64,000 bases of DNA. It comes from Octopus vulgaris. Its lineage: Eukaryota. Position 1 is the first letter of the stretch, and each line of letters starts with the position of its first letter. Made by a program: the position numbers and the translations under genes. A model generated the notes under the pieces. That model saw only the letters and a list, made by a program, of their open reading frames with translations. It was not told the DNA's origin and searched no databases. This document shows positions 1-14,657 of the stretch, in pieces. Location of the stretch: positions 29,946,001-30,010,000 of the forward strand of contig OX597840.1 of assembly GCA_951406725.2 (NCBI GenBank), written 5' to 3'.

Positions 1-177
1 AACTGGTCTTCAGCAAATATTTTTTTGCTGGAAATAGTTAGAAATCATGGTCTGGGAAATAACTGAGATGGTAAACGTTTTTAATTTTCATTCCTTTCAA
101 AAATGTATCCTTATTTGGTGGTTTTGAGTTTTCTACTGCTCTTTCTAGCACAGGGCTTTCCTATTTGGAAGCCCCTT

Positions 178-221
<44 letters not shown>

Positions 222-243
222 TAGATAGATAGATAGATAGATA

Positions 244-487
244 GTGAAGGCACATGGCTCAGTGGTTAGAGCATCGAGCTTACAATCGCAAGGTTGCGAA
301 CTGGAATCCCGGACCGAGCTGCATGTTGTGTTCTTGAGCAAGACACTTTATTTCACGTTGCTCCAGTTCACTCAGCTGTAGAAATGAGTTGCGACGTCAC
401 AGGTGCCAAGCTGTATCGGCCCCTTTGCCTTTCTCTTGGATAACACTGGTGGCGTGGAGAGAGGAGGCTGGTATGCATGGGCAACCT
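244..487 (+). mobile_element. tRNA-derived SINE (family D), 3' truncated
   Basis: A-box TGGCTCAGTGG, decayed B-box, CORE-like TTGAGCAAGACACTT...CTCAGCTGTA; homologous to the reverse complement of 39881-40222. Confidence 0.8.
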
Positions 488-1116
488 GTTGCTCGCTCCT
501 TTTTATTTATATACATACATACATATATATATATATATATGTATGTATATAGAACTTTTTAAAGAAAAGTTCCTACAGATAATGGTTATATTTACATACT
601 GAATTCTACCAGTAAATAATTGTTGGCTTTTTAAAATTAATAATTGTTTGCCCTTATATATACATATAATGTCAGCGAGGTGGCATCATTTGAAGGCTAA
701 AACAATGCGAAGCACATTGTGACCAGCGATGTGCAACAGCATCTGATAGCCTGGTCGGTCACGGTGATATATATACATATATATAAATTGGAAATTAAAA
801 CAAAACAACAAAAGTCAAAATGACATACATATGGAGCGTATGAGGTTGACTTTCAGTATAAGATGGAAAAAGAGTGAGTGTATAATGTTTTGAGCATTAC
901 TCTTCTTCAGGAAGAAGAGAGAGGTGAGGTCTGAAGACAAGGGAAAACAATACGTGTCTGGTTACATTGCAATGCACAAAAATGTTGAATGTGCAGTAAT
1001 AGAGTGAGTAATGAATAAAGTTGATCAAGTGTAATAAGAGCATTTGACAGCAGTTTCTTCATTTTAGATTCTTCAGAAATTGTATAGAAAGGAATTTCAT
1101 ATAATATTACATAACG

Positions 1117-1199
1117 GTGTGTGTGTGTGTTTGTGTGTTTGTGTTTGTGTGTGTGTGTTTGTGTGTGTTTGTGTGTTTGTGTGTGTGTGTTTGTGTGTT

Positions 1200-1234
<35 letters not shown>

Positions 1235-1408
1235 GTGTTTGTGTTTGTGTGTATTTGTGTGTGTTCGTGTGTGTGTGTATGTGTGTGTGTGTGTTTGTGT
1301 GTGTATGTGCGCATGTGTGTGTGTTTGTGTGTTTGTGCGTGTGTGTGTGTGTTTGTGTGTATTTGTGTGTGTTTGCGTGTGTGTGTGTGTTTGTGTTTGT
1401 GTGTGTGT
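1117..1408. repeat. (GT)n/(GTTT) compound microsatellite
   Basis: Direct reading; explains the CVCV/HTHT ORFs. Confidence 0.95.
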
Positions 1409-1867
1409 AGATCTCCTCCTGACATCATATCAAAGTTGTAAACAAAATTCCCTGTTATACAAGCAGTGTCATTCATATCCAGTCGTCTTTGTAGACACAT
1501 CACACTAGAAGGAAATGGGAAATATAATGACAGCAATAACAGCGGCAGAAGTGGTGATGGTGGCAGTAGTGGTGATGGTGGCAGTAGTGATGACGATGAT
1601 GAGTATGATGACGATGATGAGTATGATGATGATGATGAGTATGATGACGATGATGCCAACTACACTGGCCACAAGGATGATGTCAACGAGGATGTTGGTG
1701 GTGACGTTACATTTCTCTTGTTTACTTACAAAGAACAGAGTAACAGTCCAGACAGGTGTGTTGTTTGTCGTTCAATATACTTCTCTCGTTTACTCGCAAA
1801 GAAGAAAACACGGTGCTTCTCCAGATAGGTGTGAAGTCTGTTTATTCCAACTCTAAAACTCAAGACT

Positions 1868-1903
<36 letters not shown>

Positions 1904-1977
1904 TAAACCAAAAATTGAGACGCCTTGTGAACGTTCTCATGGGTTCCAGTACCCATGAATTCTGCAGGCAAGTGATC

Positions 1978-2577
1978 TGTTTCTTTATTGCTCACAAGGG
2001 GCTAAACACAGAGGGGACAAACAATGACAGACAGACGGATCAAGTCGATTATATCAACCCCAGTGTGTAACTGGTACTTAATTTATCAACCCTCGAAAGG
2101 ATGAAAGGCAAAGTCGACCTTGGCGGAATTTGAACTCAGAACGTAACAGCAGACGAAATACCTATTTCTTTACTACCCACAAGGGGCTAAGCACAGAGAG
2201 GACAAACAAGGACAGACAAATGGATCAAGTCGATTATATCGACCCCAGTGCATAACTGGTACTTAATTTATTGACTCCGAAAGGATGAAAGGCAAAGTCA
2301 ACCTCGGCGGAATTGAACTCAGAACGTAACGGCAGATGAAATACCTATTTCTTTACTACCCACAAGGGGCTAAGCACAGAGAGGACAAAGAAGGATAGAC
2401 AAATGGATTAAGTTGATTACATCGACCCCAGTGCGTAACTGGTACTTAATTTATCGAACTCCGAACGGATGAAAGGCAAAGTCAACCTCGGCAGAATTTG
2501 AACTCAGAATGTAACAGCAGACGAAATACGGCTACGCATTTCGCCCAGCATGCTAACCATTCTGCCAGTTTGCCGCC
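1978..2577 (-). mobile_element. SINE family B, trimeric (head + 3 x ~184-bp body)
   Basis: Head GGCGGCAAACTGGCAGAA on the minus strand; three body units with periods 183 and 185; 18-bp TSD TTCTGC(A/T)GGCAAGTGATC at 1960-1977 and 2578-2595. Confidence 0.9.
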
Positions 2578-2954
2578 TTCTGCTGGCAAGTGATCGCCAC
2601 AACAGATGACAAACTGGAAGAATCCCTTCAATCATGCGATATAAACTCTAAAAGCAATCAAAGTGTGCACATGTGTGTGGGAGATGGGATTATTCTTACA
2701 GACAGTTCTTCAGGTTATGTAAAAGAGACAGCATTGGAAGATGAAAATCTCTTTAATAATTCTTAACAAGCACAACAAGAATAAATAAATGGCAGCATAA
2801 AATTCTTAATGACTTCAATAATGGAATATAATGAGAGCAGTTTAAAGTTTAAGTGGTTTTATAATTATGATTATCCTAGAAAAATATTCTTTAGGAAAAA
2901 AAAAAATATCAACAGATATTATAGTTTATTTTATCATTTCTTGTTTACTAAATT

Positions 2955-3163
2955 GGTGAGTTGGCAGAGTCATTAGCAGCTCAGAGAAAGTGCTGACGGA
3001 TATTTCGTCTGTCTTTTTGTTTTGGGTTCAATATCTGTCAAGGTTAACTTTGCCTTTCATCTGTTTGGGGTTGATAAAATAAGCACCAGTTGAATAATGG
3101 GGGTGATGTAATCAACCAAACGCTCCCCTAAAATTTCAGGCCTTGTGCCAATAATAGAAAGGA
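2955..3163 (+). mobile_element. SINE family B, variant with the GGCCTTGTGCC...AGAAAGG tail
   Basis: Shares the head and the CTTTGCCTTTCATC core with family B; ends in (ATT)n. Confidence 0.75.
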
Positions 3164-3178
3164 TTATTATTATTATTA

Positions 3179-3207
<29 letters not shown>

Positions 3208-3211
<4 letters not shown>

Positions 3212-3684
3212 TATGTTTGACTTTTGCTTTTATATTTGTACAAGTCTCACCAGAGGCCTCAAGAGACAACAGGTGGGAAGTTCACATTGTTGTTATGCCT
3301 AGTGTGCCATATATTTGGGTTTTTTTTTAGTGTTGTACTAGTGAATGACTAAAGAAAAAAATATACGAAAATTGTGTTTGTTTTAAAACTTGAGATTACA
3401 TAGAAAGTATATTGTGTAGGATATGAGCAGTTCCCATGAGCACTATCTTTTGAATTTCTGCCATTTTTGGGTTTCCTGGTATCTGAGTTAGGTAGCAATC
3501 AGCCCCTTTCGCTATCATTCTCAGGGAACCTATGACAACAGGTATTGTTTTAGTCTTCAGGTTCCACATTTAGCTGAATTCTATTTCAAGATCTTTATAT
3601 TTGCTCAGTTTTTGGTAGGTCTTGACAGATATGTTTATATCGATTGGGACACTCATATCAATGAGGAGGCATGTTTTTTGTCTG
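3208..3684 (-). mobile_element. R4/Dong-clade non-LTR retrotransposon 3' fragment (restriction-like endonuclease C-terminus)
   Basis: Minus translation CLLIDMSVPIDINISVKTYQKLSKYKDLEIE..WNLKTKTIPVVIG..IQKIVLMGTAHIL; sits in an (AAT)n tract, the known Dong target. Confidence 0.8.
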
Positions 3685-3711
3685 TTATTATTATTAATAT
3701 TATCATTATTA

Positions 3712-3860
3712 CTGGCAGGCATACCCGGCGTTGCCCGGGGCTGTTTGTTAAGTAAGCCTGTTTGGTCATTAGAACATTCACGGATGCACCTCTGAACTGA
3801 ATGAAAGAGATCATAATGGCAGATGTTCCCTGCATTGTTTGATTTATTTAGTGCAATAGT
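3712..3860 (-). mobile_element. Helitron 3'-end fragment
   Basis: Minus strand CCCGGGCAACGCCGGG hairpin, then TATGCCTG-CCAG|T (mutated CTAG|T); same terminus type as 41407-41804; the other boundary is a guess. Confidence 0.55.
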
Positions 3861-3991
3861 GAACATGCTCAAGAACAGAATGCAATGCCCGGTCTGAGAA
3901 TTGAACCCATGATCTTGCAATTGTGAGTAGAACACCTTAACTACTCTAAATTTTTGGCTTTCTGCCAAAATATGAAATCATTATTAAGTAA

Positions 3992-4810
3992 GGTGGCGAG
4001 CTGGCAGAATCGTTAGCACGCCGGGCGAAATGCTTAGCAGTATTTAGTCTGCTGCTACGTTATGAGTTCAAATTCCGCCGAGGTCGACTTTGCCTTTCAT
4101 ACTTTCAGGGTCGATTAAATAAGTACCAGTTATGCTGTGGGGTCGATTTAATCGACTTAATCCATTTGTCTGTCCTTGTTTGTCTCCTCTATGTTTAGCC
4201 CCTTGTGGGTAGTAAAGAAATAGGTACAAGGCGGCAAGCTGGCAGAATTGTTAGCATACCAGGTGAAATGCTTAGCAGCATTTTGTCTGCAGTTACGTTC
4301 GGAGTTCAAATTCTGCCAAGGTCGACTTTGCCTTTCATACTTTCGGGGTCGATTAAATAAGTATTAGTTATGCACAGGGATCAATATAATCAACTTAATC
4401 TGTTTGTCTGTCCTTGTTTGTCCTCTCTGTGTTTAGCCCCTTGTGGGTAGTAAAGAAATAGTTATTTCATTTGCCACTAAGTTCTGAGTTCTAATTCTGT
4501 CAAGGTCAACTTTGCCTTTCATCCTTTCGGGGTCAATTAAATAAGTACCAGTGAAACACTAGAGTTGATGACATCAACTCATCCCCTCCCCAAAAATGGC
4601 TGCACTTGTGACAAAATTTGAAACCATTATTAATATTTATAAGGCAGAACCATTAGCTGTTGTCTTGTCGTTCTGAGTTCAATTCCCACGAGGGTTGAAT
4701 TTACTTTTCATCCTTTTGAGGACCAATAAAATAAGTTCCTGTTAAACGCTGAGATTGATGTAATCAATGAAACTACTCTTACCATATTTCAAGCCTTGTG
4801 CCTATAGAAA
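3992..4810 (+). mobile_element. Cluster of family B SINEs (monomer 3992-4225, dimer-like 4230-4631, decayed copy to 4810)
   Basis: Repeated GGCGAGCTGGCAGAA head and GTCGACTTTGCCTTTCAT core. Confidence 0.85.
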
Positions 4811-4903
4811 AAATAGGGGCTTTCTACTGGGGTTTTAGTAGGAAGCATTTGCCTGATGAGCTGTACAATAAGTCTGTTAAGCTTCTTAAGCACAAAGCCA
4901 CAT

Positions 4904-5250
4904 GAATGAGATCACCACGGCGACAAGAATGAGATCACCACGACGACGCCGTGGTAATCACATTCTGCTCCAGAGCGTCGGCTGCGAGGTCACTCCGAAA
5001 AGCTGTATCTGCGACGATTTCATCTCAATCGAAGGAGAGGGGCTTTCTCCGTCCGGGTTGCAGATCCGTGGAATAAGCTGCCGGATGAGATGAAGATGCG
5101 GACGACTGCTCAGTTCAAAGTCTCCCTTGACCACAAATGGCCTGAACTCTTTACATGAACACCACCCTGTACATAACTCCATGTCCCCCTACATGGCCTT
5201 GCGTTTTGCTTTTTGAGCCAAAAAATTAACTTAACTTAACCTAACTTAAC
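4904..5250 (+). mobile_element. CR1-like LINE 3' end with 5' foldback
   Basis: Homologous to the 3' part of 42858-43582; (TTAAC)n tail. Confidence 0.85.
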
Positions 5251-5697
5251 ATGGCCTTGTGATATTTGATCCAACTCTTTACATTTTGGGTTCAATTCTC
5301 ACTGAGGTCAACATTGCTTTTCATCCTTATGGAGTAACTAGAATACAACACTAATCAAGGACTAAGTTCGATGGCTTCGATTCATTCCTTCCGCCCAAAT
5401 GTGCTGGCCTTGTGCCAGAATCAGACATCATTATTAAAAGAAGATCGTGCTCTGGGAAATTTGAGCAACCTCAAATATTCAAGAAATGGTGTTTAATAAC
5501 AGTGACCTGGAGAAACAGTATATATGATATTTTATCAAATTCTACCACATCCTAACGAATCTTTTACGCTTACTAATTCTGAAGATAATGCTAAAATATA
5601 AATTTCAAAAATTGCTTTCGTTAATAATTTTCTGCATGATCTACCATTCACTTGCTCTCTCTCTCTCTCTCTTTCTCTATCGCTCTCCCCACTTGTC

Positions 5698-6600
<903 letters not shown>

Positions 6601-6814
6601 AAGGTTGAGAGGATAATAGATAGATTTTAAGATCACATTTCTGAAATGAATATTTTAAATAAGATAAATCGACAGACTGGCAGACAGGTTGATAAACATT
6701 TAGACAGGTAGTTAGGTAGGTGGAAATAAATAAATATAGTGCACCATTGATAGATTGATGGATAAATATAGAGATAAAAACATACACAGGTATGTTGATT
6801 ATGTACACACACAT

Positions 6815-6859
<45 letters not shown>

Positions 6860-6865
6860 AAAGTA

Positions 6866-6904
<39 letters not shown>

Positions 6905-7064
6905 CATACATATATGTATATACACATATTTATATTTACATATATGTATACATGCACACACACGCTTACATATATATATACATTCGTACATGCATATATG
7001 CACACGCACAATTTACACATACATACACATACAAAAACATGCATACATACACACACACACACAC

Positions 7065-7104
<40 letters not shown>

Positions 7105-7249
7105 GAAAGAGAGAGGAAGAGAGGAGAAATAGATAGATAGATAAATAAGGTAATACATGTATATACACATACATACATGTATATCTACACACATGTATAT
7201 ATACATATATGTATACATATATATATATACATATACATACATATATATA

Positions 7250-7289
<40 letters not shown>

Positions 7290-7823
7290 TCGTACATGCA
7301 TATATGCACACACACCATTTACATACACATGCACACAGACACACACACACACACACAGGTGTCTATACAGGGAGAGGTAAGCAAGCAAATCCTAAGATTC
7401 CCTTCTGCTTCAAGTACCGCACAACCTCCTTTATCCTCGCAATCAACTCCCCCCACCCGACCCAACCCAACCCTGACCTCCCCTGCTCACTCACCGTCTA
7501 CACCCCTCTCCCCCACCCCCTGCACACACGTTTTAGTCACTCTCTTTCTCTCTCTCTCTCTCTCTTTCTCCTTGCTATCATAATTCACTGAGCATCATCT
7601 TGCATTGAGCGGTAGCAGCAGCAGTAGCAGTGGCAGCAGCAACAGCAGCTGTCTCACAACAATAACGACAGCAACAACAACAATAGGATGGGTAGTAGCA
7701 GCAACAGCAACATCACTAACAACAATAACAACAACAACAGCTTTAACAACTTATGATTAAAAAGTAACCACAGCAGCAAGGCATAAAAAATAATGATTTT
7801 AATAATAATAGTAATGATAATAC

Positions 7824-7871
<48 letters not shown>

Positions 7872-7945
7872 TAACAATAATAATAATAATAATGATGATG
7901 AGGATGATGATAATAATAATAATAATAATAATGATTATGACAGTA

Positions 7946-7976
<31 letters not shown>

Positions 7977-8028
7977 TGATAAAAAAAATGACAATAATAA
8001 TAATGACAATAAAGATAATAATAATAAT

Positions 8029-8211
8029 ACTCTTTACTCGTTTACTTGTTTCAGTCATTTCACTGTGGCCATGCTGGAGTACCGCCTTTAATTGAGCAAA
8101 TCGATCCCAGGACTTATTCTTTGTAAGCCTAGTACTTATTCTATCGGTCTCTTTTGCCGAACTGCTAAGTTACAGGGACGTAAACACAAACACACAAACA
8201 TGTACACACAT

Positions 8212-8267
<56 letters not shown>

Positions 8268-8439
8268 TCATATATACTACAGGCTTCTTTCAGTTTCCAT
8301 CTACCAAATCCACTCACAAGGCTTTGGTCGGCCTGAGGCTATAGTAGAAGACGCTTGCCCAAGATGCCATGCAGTGGGACTGAACTCAGAACCATGTGGT
8401 TCATAAGCATGCTACTTACAAGACAGCCATTCCTATGTC
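8029..8439 (-). mobile_element. SINE family A (tRNA head, CORE-like CCTTGGGCAAG, internal TA/GT microsatellite, hairpin tail)
   Basis: Reverse-complement homology to 11142-11551. Confidence 0.9.
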
Positions 8440-8945
8440 TATGATACTGATTATGACAATAATAATAATGATAATGTTAATTATTATGACAATAATAATA
8501 ATGATAATGTTAATTATTATGATAATAATAATAATAATAATTGTTTTCCTTTTTTCTATCACATATCTTGAATTTATATAAATGAACACTCTGGTGCACT
8601 TATTTTAATGGCCTACCAATGTATTTACAGATATTCTTTGCCCTAGGTGTTGGGAAGACACTTGGCAAGAAATGGAAACAAATGAGAAAGAATAATAATA
8701 ATAAGTAAATAAATGAATAAATAATTTCTTTTATCAGCCGCAGAGATAAAGATGAGGGAGATGTTTACAAGGACAGGCAACAATTTTTGTGGTGATTTGT
8801 GTGTTTATTTTAATGGCCTACCAAATAAGTACAATGATTTTCTCTGCCCTAGGTGTCAGGAAGACATTCAGCAAGAAATGGAAACAAAATTGAAAGAAGG
8901 AAAATTATGATATTATTATTATTATTATTATGATTATTATTATTA

Positions 8946-9389
8946 TTCTATGTTTGACTTTTGCTTTATATGTGTACAAGTTGGCTCGAAGTCTCACCCA
9001 GAGACCTCAAGAGACAACAAGCTGGAAGTTCATGTTAGTGTTATGCCTAGAATGCCATATATTTGGTTTTGTACTTAGTGTTGTACTAGTGAATGTTTAA
9101 GAAACCATAAGAAAATTATGTTTGTTTTAAACCTTGAGATTACATAGAAAGTATTTTGCGTAGGATATGGGTAGTTCCCATGAGCACTATCTTTTGAATT
9201 TCTGCCATTTTGGGGTTTCCTGGTATCTGAGTTAAGTAGCATTCAGCCCCTTTTGCTATCATTCCCAGGGCACCTATGACAATAGGCATTGTTTTAGTCT
9301 TCAGGTTCCACATTTTGCTGATTTCTATTTCCAGATCTTTATATTTGCTCAGTTTCTGGTAGGTCTTGACGGATATGTTTATATCGATT
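8946..9389 (-). mobile_element. R4/Dong-clade 3' fragment, second copy
   Basis: Same family as 3208-3684; (ATT)n on both sides. Confidence 0.8.
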
Positions 9390-9405
9390 ATTATACGTTT
9401 ATATC

Positions 9406-9473
<68 letters not shown>

Positions 9474-9544
9474 CATTATTATTATTATTATTATCGTTTT
9501 TATTATTTATTTTTATATTTTTTAATTATAAATAAATAAATAAA

Positions 9545-9985
9545 ATTTATTTTATTAGCTACAGGGGCCTAGATGAGGGACATGTCTACAAGGACAGGTG
9601 ATAATTTGTGTGGAGATTTACATTATGAATGGATAATACATAATATACAAAGTCTGTCATAACAGGAATGATGCAGTGCTTCTGATACATGAAGAAGCAA
9701 AACAAGAACCAATAAAGGAACCCCACAGATCCAGGGTTACCCTGACCACTAAGGGCATGAGCTCTCTTCCAGGTGCATGTTTTAAGAAGGGCCATTCACT
9801 CTGACCTTTTTTGCCGCAGTCACCCATCTTTTCACAAATTCACCAGGAGAGGGAGCACATCCCTCTCCACCCTTACTTTCCTTCGCAAGTGGAACTTTCG
9901 AAAATGACCTGGACCTGACCAAAGAGTAAGGGGTCTTTCCTCAATCCTTTCAGTCTTGTTCACCACACAACCTGTTTTGCTATAG
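9545..9985 (-). mobile_element. Possible L1/Tx1-like LINE 3' remnant
   Basis: Minus-strand FHLRRKVRVER-like peptide, 3' UTR and A-rich tail; family assignment from recall only. Confidence 0.35.
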
Positions 9986-10393
9986 GATGAAAGAGGTTAT
10001 GTGGTGGATGCTACTACTATTACTGCTGCTACTATTACTACTTCTACTGCTGCTGCTGGTGACAGATAAAATGCTGCTAAGCATTTTGCCGAGCATACTA
10101 ACAACTCCGCCAGCTCACCACCTTATGATGATGATGATGGTAATAATGATAATGATAATAATGATAATGATAATGATAATAATAATGATAATAATAATAA
10201 TAACAAATAATAGTAATAATAATAATAATAATAATGATGATGATGATGATGATGATGATAATAATAATAATGATAATAAAAATAATAATAATAATAATGA
10301 TAATAAAAATAATAATAATAATAATGATAAAAAAATAATAATAATAATAATGATAAAAAAATAATAATAATAATAATGATAAAAAAAATAATA

Positions 10394-10443
<50 letters not shown>

Positions 10444-10805
10444 GATTTCTTTATTGGCCACCAGGGCTGAATATAAAATAAATAAGGACACTACAATACA
10501 AGCGACAACTGGGGTGTTGAACATACAATAATAATCTTTTCTACTAAAGGCACAAGGTCTGAAATTTGGGGATGAAGGTCTGGTCAATTATATCAACCCC
10601 ACTACTCAACTGGTACTTAATTTATTGATTCCGAAAGGTTGAAAGGCAAAGTCAACTTCGGCAGAATTTGAAATCAGAATGTGAAGACAGACAAAATACT
10701 GCTAAGCATTTTGGCCAGTGGGGTCAGTTTAATAATCTTTTCTACTACAGGCACAAGGCCTGAAATTTGGGGAGGGGGTCTGGTCAATTGCATCAACCCC
10801 AGTGT

Positions 10806-11108
10806 GGAGGCACATGGCCTAGTGGTAAGAGCAGCGGACTCGCAGTCGAGGGATTGCGGGTTCGAATCTCAGACCGGGCGATGTGTGTGTTTATGAGCGA
10901 AACACCAAAGCTCCATGTGGATCCAGCAGAAGGTAATGGCGAACTTCTTCTGACTCCTTCGCTACAACTTTCTCTCACTCTTTCCTCCTGCATCTTGCAG
11001 CTCACCTGCGACGGACCGGCATCTTGTCCAGGTGGGGAACCTATACACCAAGAAACCGGGAAACCGGCCCTTATGAGCAGACGTGGCTCGAGAAGGAACA
11101 AACTAACT
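10806..11108 (+). mobile_element. SINE family C (tRNA-Arg-like head) nested in a family B copy
   Basis: A-box TGGCCTAGTGG, B-box GGTTCGAATCT; 14-bp TSD ATCAACCC(C/A)AGTGT at 10792-10805 and 11109-11122. Confidence 0.85.
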
Positions 11109-11141
11109 ATCAACCCAAGTGTTTCACTGCTATTTAAGTTA

Positions 11142-11551
11142 GGCGCAGGAGTGGCTGTGTGGTAAGTAGCTTGTTTATCAACCACATGGTTCCGGGTTCA
11201 GTCTCACTGCGTGGCACCTTGGGCAAGTGTTTTCTACTATAGCCTTGGGTTGACCAAAGCTTTGTGAGTGTATTTGGTAGATGGAAACTGAAAGAAGCCT
11301 GTCGTATATATGTATATATATATATGTGTATGTTTGTGTGTCTGCGTTTGTCCCCCTAGCATTGCTTGACAACCGATGCTGGTGTGTTTACGTCCCCATT
11401 ACTTAGCGGTTCGGCAAAAAGTGACCGATAGAATAAGTACTGTGCTTACAAAGAATAAGTCCCGGGGTCGAGTTGCTTGATTAAAGACGGTGCTCCAGCA
11501 TGGCCGCAGTCAAATGACTGAAACAAGTAAAAGAGTAAAAGAGAGAGTAAA
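11142..11551 (+). mobile_element. SINE family A, full length
   Basis: GGCGCAGGAGTGGCTGTGTGG head, GGTTCAGTC B-box-like motif, tail CCAGCATGGCCGCAGTCAAATGACTGAAAC followed by GTAAAAGA repeats. Confidence 0.9.
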
Positions 11552-11744
11552 ACCCCGAAAGGATGGAATGATAATAATAACAAGAACAACGAAAGTAAGC
11601 ACAGAATTGAAATGAACTTCAGTAACAACAATAACTGCAACAACAACAATGATAACTACAGTGTCAGTAAAATGATTAATATATAAATGATGTTATAATA
11701 TAAAATATGGGCAATTATAATAACACAAGTGACAACTGCAATGT

Positions 11745-11746
11745 TG

Positions 11747-11813
<67 letters not shown>

Positions 11814-11882
11814 TGATGATGATGATGATGATAACAACAACAGTAATAATAATAATAGTAATAATGCTGATGATGATGATGA

Positions 11883-11930
<48 letters not shown>

Positions 11931-12193
11931 TGATAATAATAATAATAGTAATAATAATGATAATAATAATGGTGATTTCTTTTATTTGCCACAAGGACGA
12001 AGGGTCAGGAGTACAATAGAAAGACATAATAATAATAACAACAGAAACAATAACAGGAATAATGTGATGTTGCAGTAATGGAAAAAATAATAAACAAAAA
12101 GAAGTTATGCAAATAAAATAAGACAAACAAATAGTTTTATGAATGACAATAACAGTGACAACAACAGAAACAATAATGATGATGATGATAATG

Positions 12194-12252
<59 letters not shown>

Positions 12253-12286
12253 TAAATAATAATAATAATAATAATAATAATAATTA

Positions 12287-12321
<35 letters not shown>

Positions 12322-12608
12322 TAATAATAATGATATTAATAATGATTTCAAATTTTGGCACGAGGCCAGTAATTTCAGGGGAGGAGGTAAGTTGATTACA
12401 TCAGCCAAGTATATGACTGGTACTTATTTCATCGACCCCCAAAAAGGCTGAGAGGCAAAGTCAACCTCAGTGGAAATTTGATCTCAGAATGCAAGGATAA
12501 TAATCATAGTAGTAGTAGCAGAACTAGTAGTAGTAGTAGTAGTAGTAGTAGTAATAGTAGTAGCAGAAGTAGTAGTAGTAACAACAATAATAATAATAAT
12601 AATAATAG

Positions 12609-12657
<49 letters not shown>

Positions 12658-12684
12658 TAATAATGATAATAGTAATAATAGTAA

Positions 12685-12715
<31 letters not shown>

Positions 12716-12765
12716 AGTAATAATAGTAGTAATAATAATAATAATAATAATAATAATTATGATGA
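11745..12765. repeat. (AAT)n/(GAT)n/(AGT)n trinucleotide tracts with interspersed SINE B fragments
   Basis: Direct reading. Confidence 0.9.
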
Positions 12766-12879
12766 TTTCAAATTTTGGCACAAGGCCAGCAATTTTAGGG
12801 GTGGGGTAAGTCAATTACAGCAACCTTAGTGTTCAACTCGTATGTAATTTATAATAATAGTACTAATAATGATAATAAT

Positions 12880-13912
12880 AATAATAATAACAACATGAGT
12901 ACCAATACCACCAAAAACACCATTGCCACTCTCAATAATAACAAGATCACTAACAGCAACAAGAATAAGAACAACTTTACCATTAACACTACCACCACCG
13001 ACACCACCAACAACAACAACAACAACAGCAACAATAACTCTAACAATTTCACTACCACCACCATAACTACAACCATTACCACAACCACCACCACCACCAT
13101 AAACAACAACAACAATAGTACTACCACCACCACCACCACCAAGACCAACAACAACAGCAACAATAACTCTAACAACTTCACTACCACTGCCATAACTACA
13201 ACCAGTACCACAACCACCACCACCACCAACAACAACAGCCATCAAAGAATTTGGACCTGAAGATCTCCGTTTCCAGCGACTTCGAGGACCACCTCCCAGT
13301 GGTGTCAGGCGTCAACGAAGAGCCCTCGACTACAACAAGATGACCAAAGTTTTCTTTTTTTTTCCCAAGGTCAGGGGTCTTCCACCCCTGAGCCCTAGAC
13401 CGTCACCTAATCACCCTTACCTGTCTTGTTGCTTAACAACAACAACACTAACACCACCACTACCAAGACCAACAACAACAGCTCTAACAACACTAACAAT
13501 TTCCTTGCCACCACCACCACCACTATCAAAAACAACAACAATGACAACAAGACTAACAACACCACCACCACCAACAACAACAACAATAACGATATTAACA
13601 ACTTCACCACTATCACCAACACCAACAACACAAACAGCAACAACAACAATACTAGCACCACCACCACCACCACCACCACCACCAAAAACAACAACAACAA
13701 CAGGTTCACCACCACCACCAACAAGGACAACAACAATGGTGATATTAACAACTTCACCACCAACATCAACAACACCGCTAAGAACAGCAATAACAACAAC
13801 ACAACCACCACCACCCACAACAACAACAACAACACCATTAAGAATAGCAATAACAACAAAAACAACAACATAAACAACAACACCACCACCACCCACAACA
13901 ACAACAGCAACT

Positions 13913-13944
<32 letters not shown>

Positions 13945-14015
13945 AAACAACAGCAACAAAAACAACAACAACAACACCACCAACAACAGCAACAACAGCA
14001 ACAACAACACCACCC

Positions 14016-14047
<32 letters not shown>

Positions 14048-14060
14048 CAACAACAACAGA
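12880..14060. repeat. Cryptic (AAC)n/(ACC)n low-complexity array
   Basis: Direct reading; contains internal higher-order duplications; source of the poly-T/N/V ORFs. Confidence 0.9.
13245..13446 (+). mobile_element. ~200-bp (AAC)n-tailed retroelement 3' end
   Basis: Homologous to the distal part of 26274-26489, ending ...TCTTGTTGCTT(AAC)n. Confidence 0.75.
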
Positions 14061-14273
14061 CAGCAACACGAACAGCAGCCACAATCAACTGACGGGAGCC
14101 GACAATTGACAGCATCAGTTTGTGATACAAGGAAAAGCTTAAACGGCTGCAGCAGCAGCAGCGGCAGCAGCAGTAACAGCAGCATAAGCAGCAGCAGCAA
14201 CAGCAGCAGCAGCTTTGGCAGCAGCTGATGTTGCCTTTCTCTGCAGACACGCTTATACCGTTCTGTTGACAAC

Positions 14274-14352
14274 ATGGTCAATTTGGGATTTACCAGGATG
14301 TTATGCATCGTCTACGTTTTATGTGCGATCGCTTGTTGCACAGGAAAAATAG
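14274..14352 (+). CDS. Candidate first coding exon encoding a signal peptide (MVNLGFTRMLCIVYVLCAIACCTGKI + phase-1 intron); secreted or membrane protein, identity unknown
   Basis: Acceptor TTGCCTTTCTCTGCAG ending 14246, Kozak CAACATGG, in-frame TGA upstream at 14226, basic residue plus hydrophobic core, consensus donor AG|GTAAGT at 14352/14353; unique, CpG-retaining context. Confidence 0.65.
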
Positions 14353-14657
14353 GTAAGTCGCCTTTCCGCCTCCTTCCGACAACACCTCCATCCATCCATC
14401 CATCCATCCATCCGGAATATTCATTAAGATGTGGCCAACACCGACGAAACACCCCCAACTACCACCAGCACCACTACCACCACCGCTGGTAGTACTAACT
14501 AACACTGGTGTGCAGTTTGGACAATCGCTCGGTCGCTCGGTCGCTCAGTCGCTCGGTGGACAAACATGTTGATTGCAGGTGCTTTCTTGTTTACTAAAAA
14601 TTGTCTTTTTTATTATTTTTCCTTTGTTTGTTTATTGTCGTTTTAATCCGGTTCTTT

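Noticed and set aside
1466-1828. Acidic ORF with DDDDEY repeats
   Set aside because: Derived from a GAT/GGT cryptic repeat, with overlapping frames also open and no convincing splice sites
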